This document shows positions 18,766 through 27,492 of a stretch of 63,026 bases of DNA, one piece after another. The translations under genes were made by a program, and so were the position numbers. The notes beneath the pieces were generated by a model, which did no database searches, was not told the origin of the DNA, and was given only the letters and a program-made list of their open reading frames with translations. This DNA is from an uncultured bacterium. Lineage in GTDB: Bacteria > Armatimonadota > HRBIN16. Position 1 is the stretch's first letter. Each line of letters starts with the position of its first letter. The stretch is taken from contig CALJAP010000054.1 in the NCBI GenBank assembly GCA_938027655.1, positions 1 through 63,026 on the forward strand, read 5' to 3'.

Positions 18766-19527
18766 ATGCGACGATGGTACCTTTTCTTCGCGACGGTGCT
18801 CGCGCTGTGCGCCGTACCGACCTTCGCGCAGCTGCTAACCGACTTTGAAGGCTATACGCTCGGCGCCAACGGACAGGTGATGTTCCGTACCCCAACCTTG
18901 TCGGGCTCCACCAGCACCTTTTTGGAGGCTTCCCCAAACCTGTCCCAGATCAACAATGAGCAGGCTCTCTCCGGCACACAGTCATTGAAAGTGTCGTTCC
19001 AGTTCAAAGCCAACCAGACTAATCCCTGGGTGAGGCTAACCACCTTCAACACCGCTAATCTGCCCAATCCGATTATCTCGGCGACCCTTCCGCTGAGCCT
19101 GTGGGTATATGTGCCCGCCAGCACCCCGGATTTGCGTTTGACGCTGGGCGTGCGCGAAACCAACCCCACAGGCAATATCGGCGAGAACGGGGGCACGTCA
19201 GGGGCTATCGAGTTTGTCGGTGCGCCTACAAAGTCGGGCAATGCACCGGCAGGCAAGCTGATAACCACCAAAGGCCAGTGGGTGCAGGTCGTTTTCGACA
19301 TTCCCAACGAACCTGTCGTCGGTTTCACGGGCAACGGTATCCTGGAAACCACTACCGGCAAGTTCGTGCTGGAGTGTCTTGCCATCATGCCTGCGGACAG
19401 CAGTGTAGTGGGACCGTACACGTTTTATCTGGATGACCTGGCGGTGGTTCCCGAGCCCGCTACCCTCAGTATTTTGGGTTTGGGAGTTGCGGGCTTGCTG
19501 CTGCGCCGGCGAAGGTCGGGACAGTAG
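18766..19527 (+). CDS. secreted PEP-CTERM sorting-domain protein
   Basis: GGAG SD and a signal peptide (MRRWYLFFATVLALCAVPTFAQ). The C-terminus VPEPATLSILGLGVAGLLLRRRRSGQ has the PEP motif, a TM helix and an Arg cluster. Confidence 0.85.
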   Translation: MRRWYLFFATVLALCAVPTFAQLLTDFEGYTLGANGQVMFRTPTLSGSTSTFLEASPNLSQINNEQALSGTQSLKVSFQFKANQTNPWVRLTTFNTANLPNPIISATLPLSLWVYVPASTPDLRLTLGVRETNPTGNIGENGGTSGAIEFVGAPTKSGNAPAGKLITTKGQWVQVVFDIPNEPVVGFTGNGILETTTGKFVLECLAIMPADSSVVGPYTFYLDDLAVVPEPATLSILGLGVAGLLLRRRRSGQ

Positions 19528-19594
19528 ATTTTCTGTTGTCTGGTGGCGCGTCAACCCCGATTGTTTAGAGGCAGGCAAGGTTGTTTCTCGCCCG

Positions 19595-19616
19595 CCTGTC
19601 ATGCTGAGCGATAGCG
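19595..19616 (+). repeat. dispersed repeat module B (truncated copy)
   Basis: cctgtcatgctgagcgatagcg. Confidence 0.7.
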
Positions 19617-19663
19617 CAGGGGGTCAACCTATTGCTGTTTCGGGAGAGATGTATTCAACCTAA

Positions 19664-19720
19664 CCCCTGACCCCCTTCCCTACGAGGCTCCCTTCTCCGT
19701 GTAGGAGAGGGGGAAGAGGT
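19664..19720 (+). repeat. dispersed repeat module D
   Basis: cccctgacccccttccctacgaggctcccttctccgtgtaggagagggggaagaggt, carrying imperfect C/T-rich versus G/A-rich arms. Confidence 0.65.
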
Positions 19721-19768
19721 TAAATTATCTTACTTTTTCAAACTCCATCAATACTGCTTCTTCGCCAG

Positions 19769-19793
19769 CCTGGAGGGCGAACCTCCGGGTGAG
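19769..19793 (+). repeat. dispersed repeat module A'
   Basis: cctggagggcgaacctccgggtgag. Confidence 0.8.
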
Positions 19794-19870
19794 ATGAAAA
19801 CATGGAAAAACAGGAAAGAGCATGGCATATCGCGAATAATAGTTTACCAGAGGCAAGGAAGGTGATTGCC

Positions 19871-20626
19871 ATGCTCGCGCTAGTCGGCGGTACCGGCATG
19901 AGCGAGTTGCCGGACTTCACGGTGGAGCGCAAGCGGGTGTTGTGTAACCGCTACGGCGAGGCGACAGTGCTGGAAGGGCATCTGGGCGACATTCCCCTGA
20001 TTTTCCTCCCGCGGCACGGTGAAGCACACACGCTGCCCCCACATCGCATCAACTACCGTGCGAACATGCTGGCGTTACAGCAATGTGGCGTCACGCGCAT
20101 TATTGCGACGGCGGCAGTGGGCTCGCTGAACCGGGCAATGAAGCCGGGCGATTTCGTGCTCATCAGCGACTTCATCGATTTCACACGCGAGCGACCGCTC
20201 ACCATCTTCGACCGTCCGGGCGAGGTAGTGCACACGGACTTCACGCACGCCTACTGCCCCGAACTCAGGCACGTTCTGGAGCGCACTGCCGAGTCGCTGA
20301 ATGTACCGGTACACTTTGGAGGAACTTATCTGTGCGCAGACGGGCCGCGCTACGAGACGCCTGCTGAAATCCGTATGTTCGCTCACTGGGGGGCGGATGT
20401 CGTGGGCATGACGGGTGTGCCGGAAGTCGTGTTCGCCCGCGAGCTGCGCATGTGCTACGCCACAGTCGCCACCGTTACCAACTGGGCGGCTGGCATCAGC
20501 CCCTCACGCCTGTCTCATGAAGAGGTTGTGGCAATCATGGCAAGCCAACGCCCTCTGTTACTGCAGTGGCTCAGCCAAGCCTTCCGCGAGATTCCTGAAG
20601 GGGCATGCGCTTCATGCGCTGCATAG
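19871..20626 (+). CDS. mtnP: S-methyl-5'-thioadenosine phosphorylase / PNP-family phosphorylase
   Basis: Starts MLALVGGTGM after AGGAAGG. The motif MTGVPEVVFARELRMCYATVATVTNWAAG is typical of MTAP. The ORF track begins at 19802. Confidence 0.8.
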   Translation: MLALVGGTGMSELPDFTVERKRVLCNRYGEATVLEGHLGDIPLIFLPRHGEAHTLPPHRINYRANMLALQQCGVTRIIATAAVGSLNRAMKPGDFVLISDFIDFTRERPLTIFDRPGEVVHTDFTHAYCPELRHVLERTAESLNVPVHFGGTYLCADGPRYETPAEIRMFAHWGADVVGMTGVPEVVFARELRMCYATVATVTNWAAGISPSRLSHEEVVAIMASQRPLLLQWLSQAFREIPEGACASCAA

Positions 20627-20627
20627 C

Positions 20628-20657
20628 TTGACAAAAAATTACCCTCGGTGGTATAGT
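20628..20657 (+). promoter_or_regulatory. strong sigma-70-type promoter candidate
   Basis: TTGACA, an 18-nt spacer, then TATAGT, about 220 nt upstream of the porin start. Confidence 0.55.
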
Positions 20658-20697
20658 GATAGCGTCAAGGATGTGACGAGGTTGTCCCCTTGAGAAG

Positions 20698-20739
20698 CGG
20701 CAGACAGAGGCGTCGCAAGCGCGTGTCCGCCGTTTTTTT
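20698..20739 (+). terminator. intrinsic-terminator-like hairpin plus T7 tract inside the porin/glnB leader
   Basis: cggc-a-gaca...gcg-loop-cgc...tgtc-c-gccg gives about 11 bp with small internal loops, followed directly by ttttttt (20733-20739). It lies about 35-75 nt downstream of the predicted TSS. Confidence 0.4.
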
Positions 20740-20876
20740 GATTCGGCTACGCAAAGGCGTTAGCCACGCACTGCAGCGACTCCACTTTCGCACGCAACGC
20801 CGCGATCCGGAGAGGCTTCCAGCCACTCCACGAGACTTCCCGAAAAACAGAACATCCCTTTTCAGGAGGTACGTGT

Positions 20877-21920
20877 ATGCGACGTTTGGTTCTATGCACG
20901 ATGTGCGCACTGTGGGTCGCCGCTGCAGTGCATACGCAGGGCGCCCCCGATGTACAGGTCAGCAGTTTGCTCGACATGTACGCGGGCTACAACTTCAACA
21001 ACCCGCCGTCCGGCGCCAACGGCACCAACCAGAACGTGGTGCGCGCCTTTGACCAGCGCTCCGGCTCGCTGAGTCTCAGCCTGCTGGAGGTCACGCTCAA
21101 AAGCAAACCCGAACCCGTTGGGTTCACCCTGACCCTTACCACCGGCAAGACCGCCGACCTGGTGCACTACAACCCCGGCGAGGACAGGTTCAAACTGTTC
21201 CAGCAGGTCTTCATTACCACCAGCGCAGGCAACTGGACGGTGGACGTGGGCAAGTTCGTGACCGCGCTGGGGGCGGAGGTCATCGAATCCAGCGCGAACG
21301 ACAACTACTCGCGCTCGTTGCCTTTCGTGTACGCCATCCCCTTCTACCATGCAGGCATCCGTGCATCTACCGATCTGAGCTCAGGATGGGGATTGCAGGC
21401 GATGCTGGTCAACGGATGGGACGTCACGGAGGACAACAACGGCAAAAAGAGCTTCCACCTGGCAGTTAACTACGCCAACGAGCGGCTCAGCTTCGTCCAG
21501 AATGTGATTACCGGCGACGAGGCGATTGCTCCCGCCAGCGGCGCGCGCACCGTGTGGGACACCGTGCTGTTGTATACGCTGGGGGCGGATAAGGTCGGGC
21601 TGAACTTCGACTACGGGGAAGACAAATCGGTGAGTGCGAAGTGGCTGGGGTACGCGGTGTACTACCGGCGCAGCCTGCCCAGAGGGCGTGCGCTCGCTCT
21701 GCGCCACTCTTACCTTGACGATAAGGACGGATTCCGCACGGGCGTAGTGCAAAAGCTTAGTGAATTCACCATCACCTACGAGTACCCTCTCGGCTCATCT
21801 ATCAGTCGCTTTGAGGTACGCTTCGACAACTCCAACCAGCCCCTCTTCCTGAACGATGCCGGAGCAGCCACCAAGAAGCGACAGGTGACCGTGATGTACT
21901 CGCAGGTTTACAGGTTTTAA
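20877..21920 (+). CDS. outer-membrane beta-barrel porin (OmpL/porin-2-like)
   Basis: Signal peptide MRRLVLCTMCALWVAAAVHTQG, alternating beta-strand pattern, and a C-terminal aromatic residue (YRF). Confidence 0.65.
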   Translation: MRRLVLCTMCALWVAAAVHTQGAPDVQVSSLLDMYAGYNFNNPPSGANGTNQNVVRAFDQRSGSLSLSLLEVTLKSKPEPVGFTLTLTTGKTADLVHYNPGEDRFKLFQQVFITTSAGNWTVDVGKFVTALGAEVIESSANDNYSRSLPFVYAIPFYHAGIRASTDLSSGWGLQAMLVNGWDVTEDNNGKKSFHLAVNYANERLSFVQNVITGDEAIAPASGARTVWDTVLLYTLGADKVGLNFDYGEDKSVSAKWLGYAVYYRRSLPRGRALALRHSYLDDKDGFRTGVVQKLSEFTITYEYPLGSSISRFEVRFDNSNQPLFLNDAGAATKKRQVTVMYSQVYRF

Positions 21921-21947
21921 GAACGTGCAACCATGCGAACGAGATAA

Positions 21948-22301
<354 letters not shown>

Positions 22302-22315
22302 AGGAACCCTCTCAC

Positions 22316-22342
22316 CTGGAGGGCGAGGCTCCTGCCGAGCCG
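22316..22342 (+). repeat. dispersed repeat module A
   Basis: ctggagggcgaggctcctgccgagccg, identical to the copy at 43578-43604. Confidence 0.9.
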
Positions 22343-22415
22343 TTAGCCCCCCTGTCGTCCCCCCGCAAGCAGGGGAGGTGTTAGCCCCCCTGTCGTCCCC
22401 CCGCAAGCATGGGGA
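22343..22415 (+). repeat. tandem duplication (38-nt unit, about 1.9 copies)
   Basis: ttagcccccctgtcgtccccccgcaagcaggggaggtg is followed immediately by ttagcccccctgtcgtccccccgcaagcatgggga. Confidence 0.9.
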
Positions 22416-22424
22416 CATGACGCT

Positions 22425-22444
22425 CCTCCCCGCGTGCGGGGAGG
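22425..22444 (+). repeat. hairpin repeat (CCTCCCCGC...GCGGGGAGG type)
   Basis: cctccccgc-gt-gcggggagg, related to 13814-13835. Confidence 0.65.
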
Positions 22445-22462
22445 TTGGGTGGGGCGAATCGG

Positions 22463-22487
22463 CTCACCCGGAGGTTCGCCCCCCAGG
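22463..22487 (-). repeat. dispersed repeat module A'
   Basis: The plus strand reads ctcacccggaggttcgccccccagg. Confidence 0.8.
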
Positions 22488-22508
22488 TCTGGCAACGCGG
22501 CACCCCCT

Positions 22509-22535
22509 CTGGAGGGCGAGGCTCTGTCCGAGCCG
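22509..22535 (+). repeat. dispersed repeat module A
   Basis: ctggagggcgaggctctgtccgagccg. Confidence 0.85.
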
Positions 22536-22623
22536 GTCGTTACACGCTCGAACCACCGCTTTACAGATACCCGTTCCTCAGGGTATTATTTTCATACGCT
22601 AACCATATAGAGGGGGTATCCAG

Positions 22624-23466
22624 ATGCTCACGACAGAGCAAGTGGAACAGTATCATCGCGACGGCTACACGGTAGCGCGCGGTCTCTTCAGCAGGCGGGA
22701 AGCCGAGTTTTACATTGACCATTACATGCGCTTACGCGAGTCAGGCTCCTATCCGGGTGACTTTGAGGGAGTAGACCCCAGCAGCAACGACCCACTGAAA
22801 CGCTATCCCCGCATGATACACATGCACCGCTGGGATGAGGTGAGCCTCCGGTGGATGATTGACCCGCGTCTCAATGCGTGCATGACTACCCTGTTGGGCA
22901 GAGAACCCTACGCGGTGCAGACCATGCTGTACTTCAAGCCTCCGGGCGCACGCGGACAGGCATTGCATCAAGACAACTTCTATCTGCGCGTGCAACCGGG
23001 TACGTGCATTGCGGCATGGATGGCGCTAGACCCTTGCGATGAGGAAAACGGCTGCCTGATGGTGGTGCCGGGCACTCAAGACCTGCCCATCTTATGCACC
23101 GTTCCCGCCGATACTACCCAGAGCTTCACCAACATCACCGTACCCGTTCCGAAAGACATGCCCATCGTGCCCGTCGTCATGGAGCCGGGGGATGTGCTGT
23201 TCTTTAACGGCTCGTTGATACACGGCAGCAACCCCAACCGCTCGCGTGACCGTTTCCGCCGCGCGCTGATCGGGCACTACGCGGTAGGCGACGCCGAGAA
23301 AATCGCGCGGTTTTACCACCCGGTGCTGCGTATGGACGGCACAGTCGTAGAGCTGGGCGTCAGCGAAGGAGGCGGCCCGTGCGGTGTATGGGTGGAAAGC
23401 GATGGCAAACCGGTCGTGGAGATGGTAGACCCTGAACGCCGAAGCGATGCGCCAGAGCACGAGTAA
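22624..23466 (+). CDS. phytanoyl-CoA dioxygenase (PhyH) family Fe(II)/2-oxoglutarate oxygenase
   Basis: N-terminal LTTEQVEQYHRDGY, an HQD facial-triad context (ALHQDNFY), and a distal HGSNPN. Confidence 0.8.
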   Translation: MLTTEQVEQYHRDGYTVARGLFSRREAEFYIDHYMRLRESGSYPGDFEGVDPSSNDPLKRYPRMIHMHRWDEVSLRWMIDPRLNACMTTLLGREPYAVQTMLYFKPPGARGQALHQDNFYLRVQPGTCIAAWMALDPCDEENGCLMVVPGTQDLPILCTVPADTTQSFTNITVPVPKDMPIVPVVMEPGDVLFFNGSLIHGSNPNRSRDRFRRALIGHYAVGDAEKIARFYHPVLRMDGTVVELGVSEGGGPCGVWVESDGKPVVEMVDPERRSDAPEHE

Positions 23467-23487
23467 AGAGGTCTATTATAGCTGTAT

Positions 23488-23526
23488 CCCCCTTCTCCCA
23501 CGACGCCGGGAGAAGGGGGCAGAGGC
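23488..23526 (+). repeat. dispersed repeat module D (strong hairpin)
   Basis: cccccttctccc-acgacgcc-gggagaaggggg forms a 12-bp stem, followed by cagaggc. It lies between the convergent phyH and hflX genes. Confidence 0.75.
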
Positions 23527-23638
23527 ATTGAGCGTTCCCCAAATTCAGCGCGGGAGAGGTAGATATCACTTCCGCCTATCGTAGACGTAGTGGTGTTGAA
23601 AATGTTCAAAACGCCGCTGCATCTCATCGGCAAGGAGG

Positions 23639-24961
23639 TCAGGCTTCAACACGGTACGGCTTTAGCAGTTCCGCAAGGTCGTGAGTGACCTCTGCCTCCA
23701 CCAGAATACCGTCTGCGGTATATTCTGCAGTGTGCACGCGCCCCAGCTCGTAACACTGTGCCAGCAAGCTACTCTGCGTATAGGGTAAGCGTATCTTTAC
23801 CGGTTGCAGCAGAGACCGCAGTGTGGTGAGGATGTGGTTCATCAGTTCAGGGATTCCTTCTGCTTTCAGCGCGGAGAGGTACACTGCATTGGGCGTCTCC
23901 GCCACCAGCTGTCGCAGGCGGTAGGTGTCCTTGACCAGGTCCGCTTTGTTGTACGCGGTAATGATGGGTTTGTTGTGTGCGCCCAGCTCCGCCAGCACGT
24001 TCATCACTGCCTGACGCTGAATCTCCAGCTGGGGGTGGCTGGCGTCCACCACGTGAATCAGAAAATCCGCCTCGGTCACTTCCTCCAGCGTGGCGCGAAA
24101 CGCGGCTACCAGCGAGTGTGGCAGGTTGCGAATGAAACCAACAGTATCCGACAGCAACACGCCCCAGCCATCGGGCAGCACAATGCGCCGCACGGTGGGG
24201 TCCAGCGTAGCGAAGAGGTGCTCGTCGGTGTAGATATGCGCACCCGAGAGCGTGTTCAGCAAGGTGGATTTGCCCGCGCTCGTGTATCCCACCAGCGCGC
24301 CGAAGGGGAAAGGCAACCTGCGCCTGCCCTGTCGTTGTTGACTGCGCTGGCGAGCAACTTGCTCCAGTTCACGCTGCAGGTCAGCGATGCGCTCACGCAC
24401 CTTACGCCGGTCCTGTTCCAGCTTGGTCTCGCCCGGTCCGCCGCGCACACCGATGTGTCCCGCCTGCTGTTCGAACTTGGTGTACACGCTCATCAGGCGA
24501 GGCAGCTCGTAGGTCAATCGCGCCAGCTCCACCTGCAATTTGCCCTCGCGGGTGTGGGCGCGTTGTGCGAAAATGCGCAGGATAAGCTCGGTGCGGTCTA
24601 TCACGCGCGTTTGCAGGATGTCTTCGAGGTTGCGCTGCTGCAACGGCGTCAGGTCATCGTCCACAATGACCATATCGGCGGTGACCTCGCGCACCTGCGG
24701 AAAGAGCAGTTCCGCCTTACCCCTGCCGATAAAGGTAGCTGCATCGGGACGAGAGCGTCGTTGTCGGCTTTCGCCAACCACTTCCAGACCGGCGGTATCG
24801 CACAGGGCGCGTAACTCCTCCTCGACGTAGCTGTCCAGTTCCGGATCGGGGTTCACGTAGATGAGGAAGACGCGCTCGCGTTCCTGCACCGGATGTAGCC
24901 GCGTCGCGAGGTGCTGTGGTTCGCTCAGTTCAACCGACGGGCTGACATTTCGTTGTGGCAT
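23639..24961 (-). CDS. hflX: GTPase HflX
   Basis: An HflX N-domain followed by a G-domain (GYTSAGKSTLLN, DTVGF, NKAD). 440 aa. Confidence 0.93.
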   Translation of the reverse strand: MPQRNVSPSVELSEPQHLATRLHPVQERERVFLIYVNPDPELDSYVEEELRALCDTAGLEVVGESRQRRSRPDAATFIGRGKAELLFPQVREVTADMVIVDDDLTPLQQRNLEDILQTRVIDRTELILRIFAQRAHTREGKLQVELARLTYELPRLMSVYTKFEQQAGHIGVRGGPGETKLEQDRRKVRERIADLQRELEQVARQRSQQRQGRRRLPFPFGALVGYTSAGKSTLLNTLSGAHIYTDEHLFATLDPTVRRIVLPDGWGVLLSDTVGFIRNLPHSLVAAFRATLEEVTEADFLIHVVDASHPQLEIQRQAVMNVLAELGAHNKPIITAYNKADLVKDTYRLRQLVAETPNAVYLSALKAEGIPELMNHILTTLRSLLQPVKIRLPYTQSSLLAQCYELGRVHTAEYTADGILVEAEVTHDLAELLKPYRVEA

Positions 24962-25019
24962 CGTTGCCGGTACCTCTTCGGTGGAGATTCAGAACGGCAC
25001 AGCGTGCTGTTCCACCATT

Positions 25020-25048
25020 AGTATATCCTGCGGTCATGCAGAGTGCAA
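25020..25048 (-). promoter_or_regulatory. promoter candidate for hflX
   Basis: The reverse strand reads TTGCAC, a 17-nt spacer, then TATACT. The -35 box begins 6 nt after the stop of the upstream 183-aa ORF. Confidence 0.5.
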
Positions 25049-25053
25049 GCATT

Positions 25054-25605
25054 TTAGATGTCACGCGGGTCTTTGGGGAGACCTATGCGCCCAAAGTAGA
25101 AGGCAAATGCTTGTGCCATCTTCTCACGGTACGGCGGTAACAAGCGTACGCGCTCGCCACGTCGCCGCGAAAACTCCTCCAGAAAAGCCTTTGGGACAGG
25201 AGTGACCAGCCGAAAGTCGATGACACGCTGTCCGAACTCGTGCTTTTCTATTTCGCACGCTTCAATAAGGTGATATGCCAGAACACGCCCTTTGCGGATA
25301 TTAGCCCGCTGCTCCTTTCGGACAGCAACCTCTAAAGCGTCTCGGTGGGGACATACGAGTAGCCTGTCCAGATCGGGCTTCGGGATGTCACAGCTGTGAG
25401 TTAACACGATGATATCGGCAAATACAATGGTCGTGTTCACGGCAGCAACAGGGTGCTCTCCTTGCAAAAGCTCAAGAAAAAGTGTAGTATCTGGCAACGC
25501 TGCAATCGGGCAATCGAAGAAAATATCACCTTGCTGGAGAGGTTCATCCGCACCCACAAGCCGATACCAGGGATACTCCTCCGGTTCCACCCGCCTACTC
25601 CGCAT
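25054..25605 (-). CDS. hypothetical protein, third gene of a low-GC cassette
   Basis: 183 aa with motifs QQGDIFFDCP, IIVLTHSCDIPKPD and LLPPYREKMAQAFAFYFGRIGLP. I cannot name a family. An alternative GTG start at 25590 is preceded by GGAG. Confidence 0.6.
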   Translation of the reverse strand: MRSRRVEPEEYPWYRLVGADEPLQQGDIFFDCPIAALPDTTLFLELLQGEHPVAAVNTTIVFADIIVLTHSCDIPKPDLDRLLVCPHRDALEVAVRKEQRANIRKGRVLAYHLIEACEIEKHEFGQRVIDFRLVTPVPKAFLEEFSRRRGERVRLLPPYREKMAQAFAFYFGRIGLPKDPRDI

Positions 25606-25897
25606 GAACGGATTTCAGAAATTGTTCATCCTCATCACCCAGCGGTGGAAATTCTAGGCGTCCGCCAATGGTGTAGGAGACTCGTATCTGCATTGTCTTG
25701 CCAGGCTTTAGCAATGGCGGATTATCCATCCATCCGTTGCTAACCCGGTCGGTAACTGGTGTTTGTTCGAAGATGGCAAGCTCCTCGGAGGCAGCGGTGC
25801 GCCTGATAGAAAAATCTCTCAAGGGGAGCTTTGTCACCGCGCTACTCCCTGAGGTAGCGGGTGGCACCATATAGGTAGCAGTGTGTGCCTCTGCCAT
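25595..25897 (-). CDS. hypothetical small protein, second gene of the low-GC cassette
   Basis: 100 aa. The ATG directly abuts the upstream stop (TAGATG), and a GGAGGAGG SD lies 8 nt upstream. The C-terminal tail is acidic (LGDEDEQF). Confidence 0.55.
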   Translation of the reverse strand: MAEAHTATYMVPPATSGSSAVTKLPLRDFSIRRTAASEELAIFEQTPVTDRVSNGWMDNPPLLKPGKTMQIRVSYTIGGRLEFPPLGDEDEQFLKSVHAE

Positions 25898-26635
25898 CTA
25901 CCTGACCTCCTCCAGAATCTCGCGCGTCTTGTCTGTGATACACGCTTCGAAAGCTTCGTACACCGAACCATGCGCTCTTTCCAATATGGAGTCTACCACA
26001 GGAAAGTCCCAGGCAAACTCTGGTGTCAGATATTCCAGATCGAGGAGAACAGCTATACCTGCTGAGGAGGGCAGATATGCCAACCCGGTGGTTGCGGTAA
26101 GTACGTCCTCACCCTCACAAAAGAAATCCTGCCTCAACAAAAACGCTCCCCTCTGCTTTCCGATATTCGGTGAGGTGGGATAAAGAGCGAACCACTCTGC
26201 CAGGTCAACTTGTGTGGCAGTAAACTCGAAGCGGTTGATATAACGCAATACAAGCGTAGAAGGTTGAACAGAAGGCAAAGCCTCATGCAGGCATTTCAAC
26301 GACTCCAGAACATAGGGCTTGAAATCATGCCAGCCGGTATAGGGAGCCAGTTGATTCACAGTGAACGAGTTTGGTCCCAGATGCAGCAGCTTCTTGCCGT
26401 CCGCATGTTTATAACGCATAAGCACAGGAGGATGCAAAATGCGTGTTTCCTTCGCGCTGTGGTCTACTTGTAGCGCAAAGGTAGGTATCTCCTCAGTTTG
26501 CACGAATCCCATCTGCCTCACTGCTGCCATAAGCATACCATAGCAGGCAGTGTTCCAGTCATCAGGCGTTGCAAACCGCACCTCACAAAGAGCCTCTAAG
26601 ATGCGGGGTTTATTGTATTTTCTCTCCACAACCAC
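25898..26635 (-). CDS. hypothetical protein, probably of the uncharacterised TIGR04255-like family (first gene of the cassette)
   Basis: 245 aa with a GTG start. The N-terminal PRILEALCEVRF pattern and the length match my recollection of TIGR04255. No catalytic motif is recognised. Confidence 0.6.
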   Translation of the reverse strand: MVVERKYNKPRILEALCEVRFATPDDWNTACYGMLMAAVRQMGFVQTEEIPTFALQVDHSAKETRILHPPVLMRYKHADGKKLLHLGPNSFTVNQLAPYTGWHDFKPYVLESLKCLHEALPSVQPSTLVLRYINRFEFTATQVDLAEWFALYPTSPNIGKQRGAFLLRQDFFCEGEDVLTATTGLAYLPSSAGIAVLLDLEYLTPEFAWDFPVVDSILERAHGSVYEAFEACITDKTREILEEVR

Positions 26636-26697
26636 CAGTGCTCATCCCTTCACCCTTTAGTGTACCACTATTCTTAGTTGTGCAATATCATCCCGTA

Positions 26698-27492
26698 TCA
26701 GAACCTTACTACGTACAGATTCACTACCGCTTCGGCGGTATACGTTTCCTCCTCGCTGCCGAACTGTTCGCGCACGTAGCGTAGCGTCTGTTCCATGAGT
26801 TCCCGATGCGCCTCGTCGGGAATGTCCCAGAGCTGGGAATAGGTACGCTTCTCCAGTTCCTGCAGAACCTCCCGGTGAGTGCGTCGCGCCTGCCAGCGCA
26901 GGGAGGGATGCTCGATAAGGGAGACCGCTCCGCCTATCTCTCGCACGTACTCCAACGCTTCATCCGCGCTCTGCGCCCCCAGCGTCGGACGCAACAGCCC
27001 ACGCTCACCCGCCAGCTGCATGTAGTACTCTCGCGCCGGAAACCGCTTACCGCTTTCATAGAGCAGAAACAGCATACCTTCTTGCCGCAGCACGCGGCGG
27101 CACTCCTGAAGCACCTCGCGCCAGCCTGCAATTAGGTGCAGCACATGCGCCACCAGCACCGCCGAGATAGAGCGCGCGCGAACCGGCAGGTTCCTCAGGT
27201 CTGCTTGTGCCAGATACAGATTACTAGGGGGGCTCTTGCGCAGCAGCTGGCGCATCATCTTGCGCGACACGTCCAGGCCCAGTACGTTCACGCCACGCCG
27301 CGCTATCGGAAGCGCAAAGCGCCCCGTGCCTACCCCTGCGTCCACAAGCCAGTGACCGGGGGCGAGAGAGGCTGTGGAGTGAATCTGCTCCACCACCGCC
27401 TCCCGCACCGACTCCGGCAGGAATCGGGTTGCATCGTAATCCTCAGCGACGCGATCGAAGCTGAGATACTGGCTTAACGGCTCTGTTTCCAT
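26698..27492 (-). CDS. class I SAM-dependent methyltransferase
   Basis: Motif I is LVDAGVGTGRFALPIARRG. Acidic post-I (LGLDVS) and post-II (QADLRNLP) motifs are present. Confidence 0.8.
   Translation of the reverse strand: METEPLSQYLSFDRVAEDYDATRFLPESVREAVVEQIHSTASLAPGHWLVDAGVGTGRFALPIARRGVNVLGLDVSRKMMRQLLRKSPPSNLYLAQADLRNLPVRARSISAVLVAHVLHLIAGWREVLQECRRVLRQEGMLFLLYESGKRFPAREYYMQLAGERGLLRPTLGAQSADEALEYVREIGGAVSLIEHPSLRWQARRTHREVLQELEKRTYSQLWDIPDEAHRELMEQTLRYVREQFGSEEETYTAEAVVNLYVVRF

Noticed and set aside
20664-20876. I considered a glutamine (glnA-type) riboswitch in the porin/glnB leader.
   Set aside because: I could not find the conserved glnA-motif core sequences by eye. Only a generic hairpin plus T-tract is supported, so it is reported as an unclassified attenuator or sRNA candidate.
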